A stretch of 44,375 bases of DNA, taken from Candidatus Hadarchaeota archaeon. Its GTDB lineage: Archaea > Hadarchaeota > Hadarchaeia > Hadarchaeales > Hadarchaeaceae. Below, piece after piece: positions 34,923-44,283 of this stretch. The translations under genes were made by a program, and so were the position numbers. The DNA is taken from assembly GCA_040755315.1 (NCBI GenBank), contig JBFMBF010000007.1:1-44375 (forward strand), given 5' to 3'. The notes beneath the pieces were generated by a model. That model worked only from the letters and a program-made list of their open reading frames with translations. It was not told where the DNA came from and made no database searches. Each line of letters begins with the position of its first letter. Positions within the stretch are counted from its first letter, which is position 1.

Positions 34923-35997
34923 GGGGTACCTCCAAACGGCCTATCACCGGCTCCCCTGCCTCCGGCATCCAGACTTTATCTGGCGACTGGCACACTTCCC
35001 TGATTCCCGACTCCTCGCTCGACAGGTAGAGCATGCTGTCCCTGCGGGCGGCGACTAGTGGGCGCAGCTTGATCCTGTCGTTTATCCCGACGATCCCCCC
35101 CGTGTGACCGACCACCGTGGCGAACGGGCCGTTGAGCAGCGCCCCGCCGTAAGTCAACCTAAGAGCTTTGCAGATTTCCCGCTGGTTCCTCGGGAGACGC
35201 TCAATTTCGTCCCAGAAGGGGGAAGTCAATATTTTGCCCACAATGCCAAAGCTGAACCCGTGTTTCCTCGCAAGAAGATCGTAAAGGTAAGTTATGACCT
35301 CGGTGTCCGTGAAGAACGCGCAGCGGTACCCAAATCTTTCCAGATATCTTTTGTTTGCACCATATGATGATATCTCGCCGTTGTGGACCACCGACCAGTC
35401 AAGCAGCCCAAACGGGTGGGAACCGCCCCACCACCCCACGGTGTTTGTCGGGAACCTTCCGTGGGCGGTCCACGTATAACCCTTGTATTCATCCAGTCTG
35501 AAGAATTTCCCTATCTCCCCGGCAAAACCCACACCCTTAAAGATGCCCATGTTCTTCCCGCTGGAAATCACGTAAGCACCGTCTATTTCCTCGTTTATTT
35601 TCATCACTGTGCTCACCACGAAATCCTCCTGACTGGGCCAGCCTTTGGATTTGGTTTCCTTCGCCGCAAGAAAATATCTCCAGAGCAGCGGCGGATTCTC
35701 TATCGTGGTCTTTTTTCTAGTCGGAATCGGCTCGTCTTTTTCTATTGAATAATTCTCTCCCAGATACAGCTCCGTGGATTCCTTCGCCTTTTCGCCGTCG
35801 TAAAGCAGGTGAAAAGCGTGGCAGTCCTTGAACCTAGGATAAATTCCGTAACCGGCGAATCCTCCCCCTAGGCCGTTCTCTCTGTCCTGCATCTTGGCTA
35901 TCGCGTTTATGGCCTGGGCTCCGCTGAACCTCTCTCCGCTCTCGTCAATCAGCCCGAACAGGGAGCACCCTCCCCGGTCCACTTCCACGCGCCTCAT
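34915..35997 (-). CDS. Class II glutamine amidotransferase (glutamate synthase domain 1)
   Basis: GGCSLFG (Ntn Cys), AHGRFPTN, HPF, VVHNGEI, TDTE, DRIKLRP. Confidence 0.92.
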   Translation of the reverse strand: MRRVEVDRGGCSLFGLIDESGERFSGAQAINAIAKMQDRENGLGGGFAGYGIYPRFKDCHAFHLLYDGEKAKESTELYLGENYSIEKDEPIPTRKKTTIENPPLLWRYFLAAKETKSKGWPSQEDFVVSTVMKINEEIDGAYVISSGKNMGIFKGVGFAGEIGKFFRLDEYKGYTWTAHGRFPTNTVGWWGGSHPFGLLDWSVVHNGEISSYGANKRYLERFGYRCAFFTDTEVITYLYDLLARKHGFSFGIVGKILTSPFWDEIERLPRNQREICKALRLTYGGALLNGPFATVVGHTGGIVGINDRIKLRPLVAARRDSMLYLSSEESGIREVCQSPDKVWMPEAGEPVIGRLEVPHG

Positions 35998-36066
35998 GGT
36001 TTCAATAAAAGGTCAAAAATTTGGGCTTTAACCATGGTTGCGAAAAGTGTGAAGAAGTATGAGGTT

Positions 36067-36085
36067 ACTGTAAAAGGTTTACAGT
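36067..36085. promoter_or_regulatory. Perfect inverted repeat upstream of the glutamate synthase operon
   Basis: ACTGTAAA-AGG-TTTACAGT. Confidence 0.5.
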
Positions 36086-36108
36086 GTTCCGCATCATTGG
36101 CACGAGCT

Positions 36109-37110
36109 TTACATCAGCTTCTGGATATGCTGCATTTCTGCAATGTCCAGCACGGCTTCGATTGTTTTTGTCTCCGCCTTGATGCCGCTTTCCTCAACAG
36201 CCGCAATCGGGTTGATTCCGCCCATGACTATAACTCCCACCTTGTTCACGTCAACGGGCAAACCGTACAGCGGCTCTCCAGGGGCGCTCACAACCAGCAC
36301 TCCGCCTAAACCTCCGTATTTTGCCTGGCTTACAATCTCTTGGGCATGAGACCTCGCAGACATGGGTATTTCCCTGAGGTTTGCAAGTATTCTTCCAGAG
36401 CCATGCTTCAAAACATCCAAGTAAGATGTCATTTTTCTGGACGCGAAAACATCCAAAGGATCCAGCGATGACCCCTGGTAGGTTATCACGTCTGTAAATC
36501 TTTTCGGCTCCCCTTTTTCTATTTCCAACAGGCCCCCAAATTTTGGTAAAACAGGAATGCCGGCCTTTGCCAGCAGGCCGTCAATGGTAACGCTGCACAT
36601 CATCGCTATGCCAATCTTTCCTCTGGGCACGACGGTTCCGGCTATCCTTTCTCCCCCTTCGGCTATTTTTATAAACGGGCTGGGGGCATACCCCGCGTCT
36701 ATGACTTTCTTCGCCACGGGAAGCGCTTTTTTAACATCCTTGGCATCCAGATAAGAGATGTTGACAATGACCGTGCCTGTTCTGGTTTTGACATCGTAAG
36801 TCATCTTGTAAATCAACTCTTCGATTTTCCCAACGCCGAAGCCGACCCGCTTGCCGACAAGCGCGCGCTTTATCTCTTCTTCGCCTTTTTTTGTGAGCAC
36901 CCTTCCCTCCAGCGGGCCTGATTTTTTGGTGAAACCCTGATCGTCCAAGATTCTCAAATGATGTCGCACGCCTCTCTCGCCTATTTTAAATCCTCTTTTG
37001 TCAAGCACTTTGGATATAACCCGCGCGCCAATCGGCCTCTCTTTGCCTTTTTCTTTGAGAACTTCCAGTATCTCAAAAACCAGTCTTTGAACCTTGTCCT
37101 CGTTTATCAT
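36109..37110 (-). CDS. nrpR: Nitrogen regulator NrpR (wHTH plus a single NRD domain)
   Basis: PIGARVI, ERGVRHHL wHTH; CSVTIDG, GSSLDPL, LANLRE, GGINP. Flanked by glutamate synthase genes. Confidence 0.9.
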   Translation of the reverse strand: MINEDKVQRLVFEILEVLKEKGKERPIGARVISKVLDKRGFKIGERGVRHHLRILDDQGFTKKSGPLEGRVLTKKGEEEIKRALVGKRVGFGVGKIEELIYKMTYDVKTRTGTVIVNISYLDAKDVKKALPVAKKVIDAGYAPSPFIKIAEGGERIAGTVVPRGKIGIAMMCSVTIDGLLAKAGIPVLPKFGGLLEIEKGEPKRFTDVITYQGSSLDPLDVFASRKMTSYLDVLKHGSGRILANLREIPMSARSHAQEIVSQAKYGGLGGVLVVSAPGEPLYGLPVDVNKVGVIVMGGINPIAAVEESGIKAETKTIEAVLDIAEMQHIQKLM

Positions 37111-37168
37111 AATTCCGCCTCACAAACTAACCATCATGCCCAGAGCTAATTTAACTATGCGGGTAATA

Positions 37169-37182
37169 GGAAAACTTTTTCC
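37169..37182. promoter_or_regulatory. NrpR operator (GGAA-N6-TTCC)
   Basis: GGAA-AACTTT-TTCC, with the palindrome extending to TAGGAAAA-CT-TTTTCCTA, between nrpR and the divergent glutamate synthase gene. Confidence 0.8.
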
Positions 37183-37248
37183 TACAAAAATGCTGAATTT
37201 TCACACATAATTTTTTATGCCACGGCTCATCCCAAAAGCGGGACACGC

Positions 37249-38854
37249 ATGACGGAAAGAGTCCAGAAAGATTCGTCATACCTGAACGGGATGTCCACTT
37301 CTGGCACCCGCACCGGGGTAAAAGACGTCGCGCCGGTGAGCGGGATGTGCTCCCTCTGCATTAAGGACTGCCCGTTCCTCTGCGAGGTGGGGCTTTCCGC
37401 CATGAGGGGCCGCGAAGTCCTCTACCCAGACTCCGCCTACTTCGGAACAAGCACCGCGGCGTCTCTGAAAAATTACTGGATGGACTGGTCGCACTTCAAC
37501 ATACTCTGCGGGCTGAGGGGGCCGAGGGGATAAAGCCCGACCCCGACCAGGCGTTTTTCGCCAACGTCAGCACCGAGACAAAGTTCGGGGGGATCCCACT
37601 CAAGGTACCGCTGGCGACGGGAGCTTTCGGCTCCACCATGGTCGCCAGGCTCAACTGGGACGGGCTGGCTATCGGCGCGGCACTCGCAGGGGCCATAATA
37701 GTGATAGGTGAAAATGTCTGCGGGGTAGACCCCGAAGCAAAATACACAAACGGCAAAGTCTCCCACTCAAAGGACCTGGAATACAGGGTTAAGAAGTTCA
37801 GGGAGTTCTGGGACGGAAAGCACGGTGGAGTGGCGGTGCAGACGAACGTCGAAGACCAGCGCGCTGGTGTGGACACCTACGCGATATCAAAGCTGGATGT
37901 TGACATCATCGAGAGGAAGTGGGGACAGGGGGCGAAGGCGATAGGCGGGGGGATAAGGACCACAAGCCTTGATAGGGCGCTCACCCTGAAGCAGAGGGGA
38001 TACATAGTCTTTCCCGACCCCGAGGACCCGGCCGTCCAAGAGGCCTTCAAGTCGGGATTCTTCAAGAGCTTCGAGAGGCACAGCCGGGTCGGCATGCCAG
38101 CCGAGCGGGACTTTGTCGAGGACGTGGAGTGGCTGAGGGGGCAAGGCGCGAAGAAAGTCACGCTCAAGACTGGGGCCTACCGTCCCGTCGACGTCGCCTG
38201 GACCATGAAGGTGGCATCTGAGGCGAAGGTCGACTACATAACATTCGACGGGCCGGCGGCGGCACTGGGATGAGCCCGGTCACCATGATGAACGAGATGG
38301 GGACGCCCACGGCCTACCTCGAGGCCCAGATTCTCAAGTGCGCCCAGATTCTGAAGAAAAAGGGGAGATACGTCCCGGACATCAGCATGGCCGGAGGATT
38401 CATGAACGAGGGGCAGATCTTCAAGAGCATCGCCATGAGCAACTTCGGCGACGGGCCGCTGGTGAAGACAATAACAATGGCGAGGGCGCCGCTCACCGCC
38501 GTCTTCAAGTCAGTCTACTATACCGATCTGGCTAAGGGCGGGAAGCTGCCGCGCGACTTTGCCGCCCGCTATGGCACAGACCCGCTCAAGTTCTTCGTCG
38601 CGGCGCCGGAGCTCAGGCAGAAGTTCAGCGAAAGGTTCGCTGACATCCCGCTTTCGGCGGTGGGGCTCTACACATACTTGGTGGACCGGCTCGGGGTAGG
38701 GCTCCAGCAGCTTATGGCAGGCGCAAGGAAATGGAAGCTTGAGCTGCTCGACAGGGGTGACCTGGCGGCGCTGACAGACGAGGCCTCCAGAATCACCGGC
38801 ATCCCGAAGATGGATGAAGTAGAGGCCGGCCTCATCGAGCAGATTTTGGATTGA
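37249..38854 (+). pseudogene. FMN-binding glutamate synthase family gene with two frameshifts (real or sequencing error)
   Basis: Three ORF pieces (37249-37533, 37638-38273, 38270-38854) join if one G is added in each G-run, near 37517-37521 (LRGAEGIKPDPD) and 38250-38252 (FDGAGGGTGMSP). Confidence 0.8.
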
Positions 38855-38866
38855 TCTGAAAAACTC

Positions 38867-38961
38867 TGGTGGGGTCGCCGAGATTTGAACTCGGGTCACC
38901 GGCTCTTCCGCGCTTTCGCGCCCCGAAGCCGGCAGGATAGGCCATGCTACCCCACGACCCC
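38867..38961 (-). tRNA. tRNA-Pro(CGG) with a 17-nt intron at 37/38 and encoded CCA
   Basis: Acceptor stem GGGGTCG/CGACCCC-A-CCA, anticodon stem CCGGC/GCCGG, loop TT-CGG-G, T arm CCGAG-TTCAAAT-CTCGG. Intron at 38905-38921 forms a bulge-helix-bulge. Confidence 0.95.
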
Positions 38962-38995
38962 GAACCAACTATTTGCCAAAAGTAAAAAGCTTGGG

Positions 38996-40183
38996 CTATC
39001 CCTTGAGCAGCCTCACGAGCTCCTTCTCAATCCAGGCCACTGGCACCTCCGGGATGCTCATGACCATGCTCCTTCCCCTGTGCCCTGGCCCGGAAGGCCT
39101 GACCTCAGCGAGGCCCAGCTCACCTAGTCGCTTCATGTGCCCCCAGAAAGGAGTGTGCCTCATGGGTTCTTCCCCGTATTCCTCGCAGACCACCGCGTAG
39201 GCCTTCTCCACCTCCCCCGTCAAGGCGTAGGCCTGCTTGGAGATCCTCAGCCTCCTCGCGAGCGCCAGAAGGAGGAGCTTCTCGTGAAACATGAGCTCCT
39301 GGAGCGACTCTTTCCTTATCTCCGGGTAGACCTCGGCCTTCGCCTGCCTGGCGTGCTCTGGCAGCACAGAGTCGGAGCTCTCCCTGTCCGCAACCGTCCC
39401 CGCCCTCCACAGGAGTTCGAGCGCAAGCCTGGCGTCCCCCCACCTCGAGGCGACGTCGGCTATCAACTCCACCGTCTCCTGGTCCACCGCCCCTGCCCTG
39501 AAGGCCTCTGGCAACCTACGGTTCATTATGTCGGCCAGTTGCTCGGCATTGTATTTTGAGAGGGACAAAACATTGTGAAGAAAAGTGCTCTGGGTCGGGG
39601 CGTCCAACAGCCGCAGGAACTCTCCCTTGTCCCTGGCGATTGCAATCAGGCTGATTCGGCTTTTGCCCCCGTGCTCCTCCGCCACCCTCGTCAATGTGTA
39701 AAGGATATCCGGTCCGTTCAACTGTATGAAGTAGTCGAGCTCGTCAAGGGTCAGAAGAAGGCGGGTGTCGTGGGCATCCAAAAATTTAACCACCATGTCG
39801 AGCAGCTTCTCCGGCCCCAGCCCCCTGTACGGCCAGCGAGGGTTGTAGTGGTGGACGAGCTTCATGAACACCGCGTGAATGGTCTTCTCCTTCCTGCAGT
39901 TTATGTGGAGGTAGTCGAGGCTGATCCCCTTCTCTTTCCCCACCGCCCTGAACTCCTCGCCGAACTTCATCGTCATGGATGTCTTGCCCACACCGGTGCT
40001 CCCTGTGACCAGCGCCCTCTGGCTGGCGCGGCTGTCTATCACGGGACGGAAGAACTGGGTGAGCATCCTGAACTCCTCGTCCCTGTGAACCAGCACCGGC
40101 GGGACATAGTCTGGCAGAAGCTTCCCCGCGTCCCTGAACACCGTCTCTCGGCCGAGCTCCTCCTCAAACACTCTTTTTGACAT
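38996..40183 (-). CDS. cdc6: Orc1/Cdc6 replication initiator family protein
   Basis: PDYVP..HRDEE, GSTGVGKT, INC, LDELD, GDARLALELL and a C-terminal winged helix. Confidence 0.92.
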   Translation of the reverse strand: MSKRVFEEELGRETVFRDAGKLLPDYVPPVLVHRDEEFRMLTQFFRPVIDSRASQRALVTGSTGVGKTSMTMKFGEEFRAVGKEKGISLDYLHINCRKEKTIHAVFMKLVHHYNPRWPYRGLGPEKLLDMVVKFLDAHDTRLLLTLDELDYFIQLNGPDILYTLTRVAEEHGGKSRISLIAIARDKGEFLRLLDAPTQSTFLHNVLSLSKYNAEQLADIMNRRLPEAFRAGAVDQETVELIADVASRWGDARLALELLWRAGTVADRESSDSVLPEHARQAKAEVYPEIRKESLQELMFHEKLLLLALARRLRISKQAYALTGEVEKAYAVVCEEYGEEPMRHTPFWGHMKRLGELGLAEVRPSGPGHRGRSMVMSIPEVPVAWIEKELVRLLKG

Positions 40184-40208
40184 CGACGACCGGTAGAAAA
40201 TCACCGGC

Positions 40209-41435
40209 TCAAGATAAATCTTTCCGCTTTCTCTTGGGCCTTTCTTTGAAAACCGCCTTCACGAGCAGCGGGGTTACCATGGATGTAAAAAGCACGACGA
40301 GGACCGTCATCGAGAGCAGGCCCTGGCCGACCACACCTGCCCTTACACCGATCGCCGCCATTACAAGGGCTACCTCTGCCCGCGGCATCATACCTATGCC
40401 AACTCTCAGGGCGTCCCTTTTGCCGAACCCGCTGAGGAGAGCGCCAATCCCGCAGCCCGCTACCTTGTCGAAGAGGGCCACCATGATGAAACCTAGAGTC
40501 AAAATCCCAACCTGACCGAGGATTCTGAGGTCAGTGCTCGCGCCCATGTAAACGAAGAAGAGCGGGACCAGCAGCCCGTACCCGACTGTGGTCGCCTTCG
40601 CACGCAGTGTTTCGGCCGCAGAGGACTTGCCGGCGATGAGCCCCATAAGAAACGCTCCGGTGATGGCGGCTATCCCGACCTTTTCAGCCAAGGCAGCAAC
40701 GAGAAATGTGAGCACGAGGGCTGTGGAAAGTACCATCTCCTCGACATGGAATCTACCCACGTAAGACAAAAGGCGGGGCACCACCTTGAACCCGACGTAA
40801 ATCACCACCAAAAAAAATATAGCCATTATCACGATGGTTTCAGCTATTCCCAACAAAGTGAAGCTGCCGTAGGCAACCCCGGCCAGCACGCTCAGGATTA
40901 TTATGCCGATGACATCGTCGATCACGGCCGCCGTGAGTATCGTCATTCCGACTTTGGTGTGAAGTTGGTTGATGTCAACGAGCGTCCTTACTGTGATTCC
41001 GACGCTTGTGGCAGCGAGCACCCCGCCGGCGAAAGCCGCCTCAAGCAAAGTCCAGCCGAAGAACGAAGCCACGCCGAAGCCCAGGCCGAACGCCATGATA
41101 ACTCCGGTTGCTGCGATGATGGCCCCGGCCTTCCCCGCCCTCTTGAACTCCCTTACCTCCAGCGAAAGCCCCGCCATGAACATCAGGAGGATTATGCCGA
41201 ACTCTGCAAGAACCCCGACAATCTGGCCTGCTGGCGCGGCGGTGTTGGCATAGATTGAAGTTCCCAGCAGCAACTGGGACAGCGCCCCAGCCACCGACGG
41301 CCCGATGAGAAGCCCCGCGATGAGCTCTCCAAAAACTCCCGGCTGGCCGAACTTCGCCGCGGCGAGGCCCCCGAGCTTGGCCACCGCGAGGAAGGTGGCT
41401 ACATATAGCAGCGCCGTGGAAACCTCGACTTCCAT
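40209..41435 (-). CDS. Cation:proton antiporter (CPA2, NapA-like)
   Basis: GELIAGLLIGP, ATSVGIT, AAVIDD, PLFFV, GMMPRAEV; about 12-13 TMs. Confidence 0.92.
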   Translation of the reverse strand: MEVEVSTALLYVATFLAVAKLGGLAAAKFGQPGVFGELIAGLLIGPSVAGALSQLLLGTSIYANTAAPAGQIVGVLAEFGIILLMFMAGLSLEVREFKRAGKAGAIIAATGVIMAFGLGFGVASFFGWTLLEAAFAGGVLAATSVGITVRTLVDINQLHTKVGMTILTAAVIDDVIGIIILSVLAGVAYGSFTLLGIAETIVIMAIFFLVVIYVGFKVVPRLLSYVGRFHVEEMVLSTALVLTFLVAALAEKVGIAAITGAFLMGLIAGKSSAAETLRAKATTVGYGLLVPLFFVYMGASTDLRILGQVGILTLGFIMVALFDKVAGCGIGALLSGFGKRDALRVGIGMMPRAEVALVMAAIGVRAGVVGQGLLSMTVLVVLFTSMVTPLLVKAVFKERPKRKRKDLS

Positions 41436-41448
41436 GCCGGATCAACCC

Positions 41449-41919
41449 CTACTTCATCACCCGGTAGAGCTCGACGACATCCCTGAGAGAAACGAGCCCG
41501 ACCAGCTTTTCATCCTCGACGACCGGGAGGCGGCGGAGCTTGTTGGAAACCATGAGATTGAGTATCTGCTCGACCGTGGTGTCCGGTGTAACAGAGATGG
41601 GGCGCTTTGTCATTATATCGCCGACGGTGCGCGCCGTGCGCTTCATGAGTAACTTTATTGAGACGTTGCCTATCGCCGAGCTCGGGGTCTGGGCGTGCAG
41701 AACCTGGATAACGTCGCTCTCTGTGACTATCCCGATGAGCTTCTGGTTTTTGTCCACCACTGGGAAGCAGCCCTCGATCTGGCCCAGCAGGCGCTCCACC
41801 AGGCCGTCTATCGAGGTGTTCGGGCGGACGGTCCTGGGCCTCTTGTTCATTATCGTCTCGGCTTTGACCAGGGCCAGCTGGGACTGGCGGACAGGGGCGT
41901 GCGGAACCTTGCGACTCAT
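41449..41919 (-). CDS. CBS domain protein
   Basis: Two CBS repeats: FPVVD..GIVTESD and RRLPVV..GLVSLRD. Confidence 0.9.
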   Translation of the reverse strand: MSRKVPHAPVRQSQLALVKAETIMNKRPRTVRPNTSIDGLVERLLGQIEGCFPVVDKNQKLIGIVTESDVIQVLHAQTPSSAIGNVSIKLLMKRTARTVGDIMTKRPISVTPDTTVEQILNLMVSNKLRRLPVVEDEKLVGLVSLRDVVELYRVMK

Positions 41920-41990
41920 TCAACCCACCGAATAAAAATGGGGCTTCGGCTTAAATGTTTGCGCGGCCAAGGATGGCTAGGTGCTGCCCA

Positions 41991-42548
41991 TTGATCCTCG
42001 AGATTGTTACCGTAGGCGAAATCCCCAAAGATTTTATCCAGAAGCTGGCCTGGGAAATCAAGATAGCTTACTCCTCGGTGATTGAGGAGTGCCTGATTGG
42101 CCCCGACATCGGCATGCCGCCGGCCGCCTACAACAAATCCAGACGGCAGTACGACGCGGACATGATGCTGGACAGAGTTCTGTACAGAATAACCGACGAC
42201 AGCAAAGTTCTGGTGGTGCTCGACGTCGACCTTTACACCCCCTCGCACGACCTGAACTTCATTTTCGGGCAGGCGCAGCTCGGGGGCAAAGTCGCGCTGG
42301 TCTCCCTCCACCGCTTGAACCCGAAATTCTACCGCAAAAAAGAGGACGACCGCCTCTTCCTGCAGCGGGTCATCAAGGAAGCCGTGCACGAGGTCGGGCA
42401 TGCCCTCGGACTGGGCCACTGTACAAACACGGCCTGCGTCATGTGTTTCTCGAACAACATTTCCGACGTGGACAAGAAGGGGCCAGCACTATGTGGAATA
42501 TGCCAGGGAAAGCTTCAGAGGGTCCTGACCATCCGGGACTCGCGGTAG
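41991..42548 (+). CDS. amzA: Archaemetzincin family Zn metalloprotease
   Basis: LNFIFG, KEAVHEVGHALGLGHC..CVM.FS, C..C. TTG at 41991 follows AGGTG. Confidence 0.92.
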   Translation: MILEIVTVGEIPKDFIQKLAWEIKIAYSSVIEECLIGPDIGMPPAAYNKSRRQYDADMMLDRVLYRITDDSKVLVVLDVDLYTPSHDLNFIFGQAQLGGKVALVSLHRLNPKFYRKKEDDRLFLQRVIKEAVHEVGHALGLGHCTNTACVMCFSNNISDVDKKGPALCGICQGKLQRVLTIRDSR

Positions 42549-43624
42549 CCCGCTATCACCCTGACGTAACCCTTAAGCTCCTGATCAAGCGCCAGGTCAC
42601 CTGTGTCTACCCTCAGTGCCAGGGTCTGGGATAGCTTGTGCGGGGTGGCTATCACCCAAATGTTCTCCTTCCCCGCCTTCCTGACAACCTCTGGGCTTAA
42701 CTGCTGGTTCCCGCGCCCCAAGATGAAGCCCTGGCCGCCTATCGGCGAAACAATTATCACGGCCTTCACGCCCTCCAACAGATTGAGTATCGCCTTCTCG
42801 TTCAAGTCACGATGAATTATCTTTCCATTTTTCACGGCGTCCACCCCCAGCAGCGTCTTTTCCTCGCCCAGGGCCTCAGCCACCGCCCTCGTGCTCGTCC
42901 CCGGCCCCAAAAGGTAGACTTTTTCCGGCTCCATCGACTCGATTACCTGCTTTGCGATTGCACCGTGCTGCTCGGCCTCCTCCTCGACCTCCAGGCTAGC
43001 AAGCTTCGTCCCTTGGAGCAGGGTTGGCTCGTAAGGCGTGAGCACGAAGCCGTGAAGCTTCGCGGATAGCCTGCCGGATCGGTAGGCCTCCTCGTCGACA
43101 TCCATAACTTCCGCCTCTTTGAGCGGGAGCTCTTCCCACAAGAATTTCGTCACCGTCTCAGCTGCTGCCTCCGGGCTGGTCGAGAACGCCGCCGAGTGGA
43201 CCTTTACGCCGGCCGGGACGCCGAGCACCGGGACGTCCTGCCCGACTGAGTCGTGAACGTCTCGCAGGGTGCCGTCTCCCCCAACCACCAAAATCAGGTC
43301 GACCTCCAGCCGAGCCATCTCTCGCGCAGCCACTTTTGTGTCCTCTGCGCGGGTCCTGCCCGGGGTTATGCTGCCAATTACCTCGGCATCAAGCCCCGCC
43401 GCCTTAACCTCGTCCTTTCCCATCTCGTTGGGATAAGTGACGATGCTGAAACTGCCCTTAAAGGTTGCAAGCTTCCTAATCATGCGTACGGCCCTCTCTG
43501 GCGACACAGGTCTGGCGCCCAGCTCACGAGCTTTTTCGAGAACCGCCTCACCGTCCGTCCCCTTCAGCCCGACGCGGCCGCCCATCCCGGCGATTGGATT
43601 GACAATTAATCCAATTTTTTTCAT
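42515..43624 (-). CDS. ATP-NAD kinase family protein
   Basis: NPIAGMGG..GLKGTDG, GGDGTLRD, GVKVHS, GQGFILGRGNQQ. Confidence 0.88.
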   Translation of the reverse strand: MKKIGLIVNPIAGMGGRVGLKGTDGEAVLEKARELGARPVSPERAVRMIRKLATFKGSFSIVTYPNEMGKDEVKAAGLDAEVIGSITPGRTRAEDTKVAAREMARLEVDLILVVGGDGTLRDVHDSVGQDVPVLGVPAGVKVHSAAFSTSPEAAAETVTKFLWEELPLKEAEVMDVDEEAYRSGRLSAKLHGFVLTPYEPTLLQGTKLASLEVEEEAEQHGAIAKQVIESMEPEKVYLLGPGTSTRAVAEALGEEKTLLGVDAVKNGKIIHRDLNEKAILNLLEGVKAVIIVSPIGGQGFILGRGNQQLSPEVVRKAGKENIWVIATPHKLSQTLALRVDTGDLALDQELKGYVRVIAGYRESRMVRTL

Positions 43625-43659
43625 TGTTTTTGCCTTTACCCAGTAGTATCAGAACCGCC

Positions 43660-44283
43660 CTATCCGTTGTTCTTGTTACCTGAGTTGCCTTGGCCCTGAT
43701 TTCCCCGGCTCTGGCCGTTGCCCTGGCCGCCCGGGTTGCCCTGCCCACCACTCTGCCCATTCTGTCCGCTGCCTTGACCTTGGTTTCCCTGCTCTCCACC
43801 GTTTCCTTGGCTTTGGTCAGATGATTGGCCAGGCGGCGTCCCCCCCTGCCCCGGCGGCGTGCTCGGCGGGCCCTGCCCTGCGTTTCCACCCGACTGTCCC
43901 GGCGGAGTCGCGGGCCTGTTGCTGTGGCTTTGCGCCTTGTCACTGTCCTGGCCAGGGTCAATCACCCGGATGTTGCCACTCCCGCGGAACGGTGCTTCAC
44001 CCCACCTGCCGATGACGGTAAGCTCTACACTTTCACCTACTTCCACCAGCTCCTGCACTGCCGCCCGGTCGAACTTCACCATCAGGTCCGGGATCCCGTC
44101 GTTGTCGTGGTCTCTGACTTCAGCGGGCTGAAGCTCAGCCGACAGCGCGCCTTCCATCAGCGCCTCACCTTCCAGGGCCACGGTGCCAACCATTATGTTT
44201 TCAACACCAAAGTCCGCTGGAAGCTCGATGTAAACGGTTATCCACCTGCGGTTCTCCTCGGAACTCTTGATTCGAGTGTGCAC
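43660..44283 (-). CDS. Hypothetical protein: small beta-rich domain plus Gly/Gln/Asn-rich tail
   Basis: WITVYIELP..DNDGIPDLMVKFDR domain, then PPGQ/GQG repeats. No signal peptide and an in-frame TGA two codons upstream of the GTG, so possibly a remnant. Confidence 0.55.
   Translation of the reverse strand: MHTRIKSSEENRRWITVYIELPADFGVENIMVGTVALEGEALMEGALSAELQPAEVRDHDNDGIPDLMVKFDRAAVQELVEVGESVELTVIGRWGEAPFRGSGNIRVIDPGQDSDKAQSHSNRPATPPGQSGGNAGQGPPSTPPGQGGTPPGQSSDQSQGNGGEQGNQGQGSGQNGQSGGQGNPGGQGNGQSRGNQGQGNSGNKNNG

Noticed and set aside
38855..38961. tRNA as an integration site for a mobile element
   Set aside because: No integrase and no duplicated tRNA 3' end were seen in the window.
38962..40208. 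Replication origin next to cdc6
   Set aside because: The flanking gaps are only about 25-35 nt, with no ORB repeats or AT-rich unwinding element.
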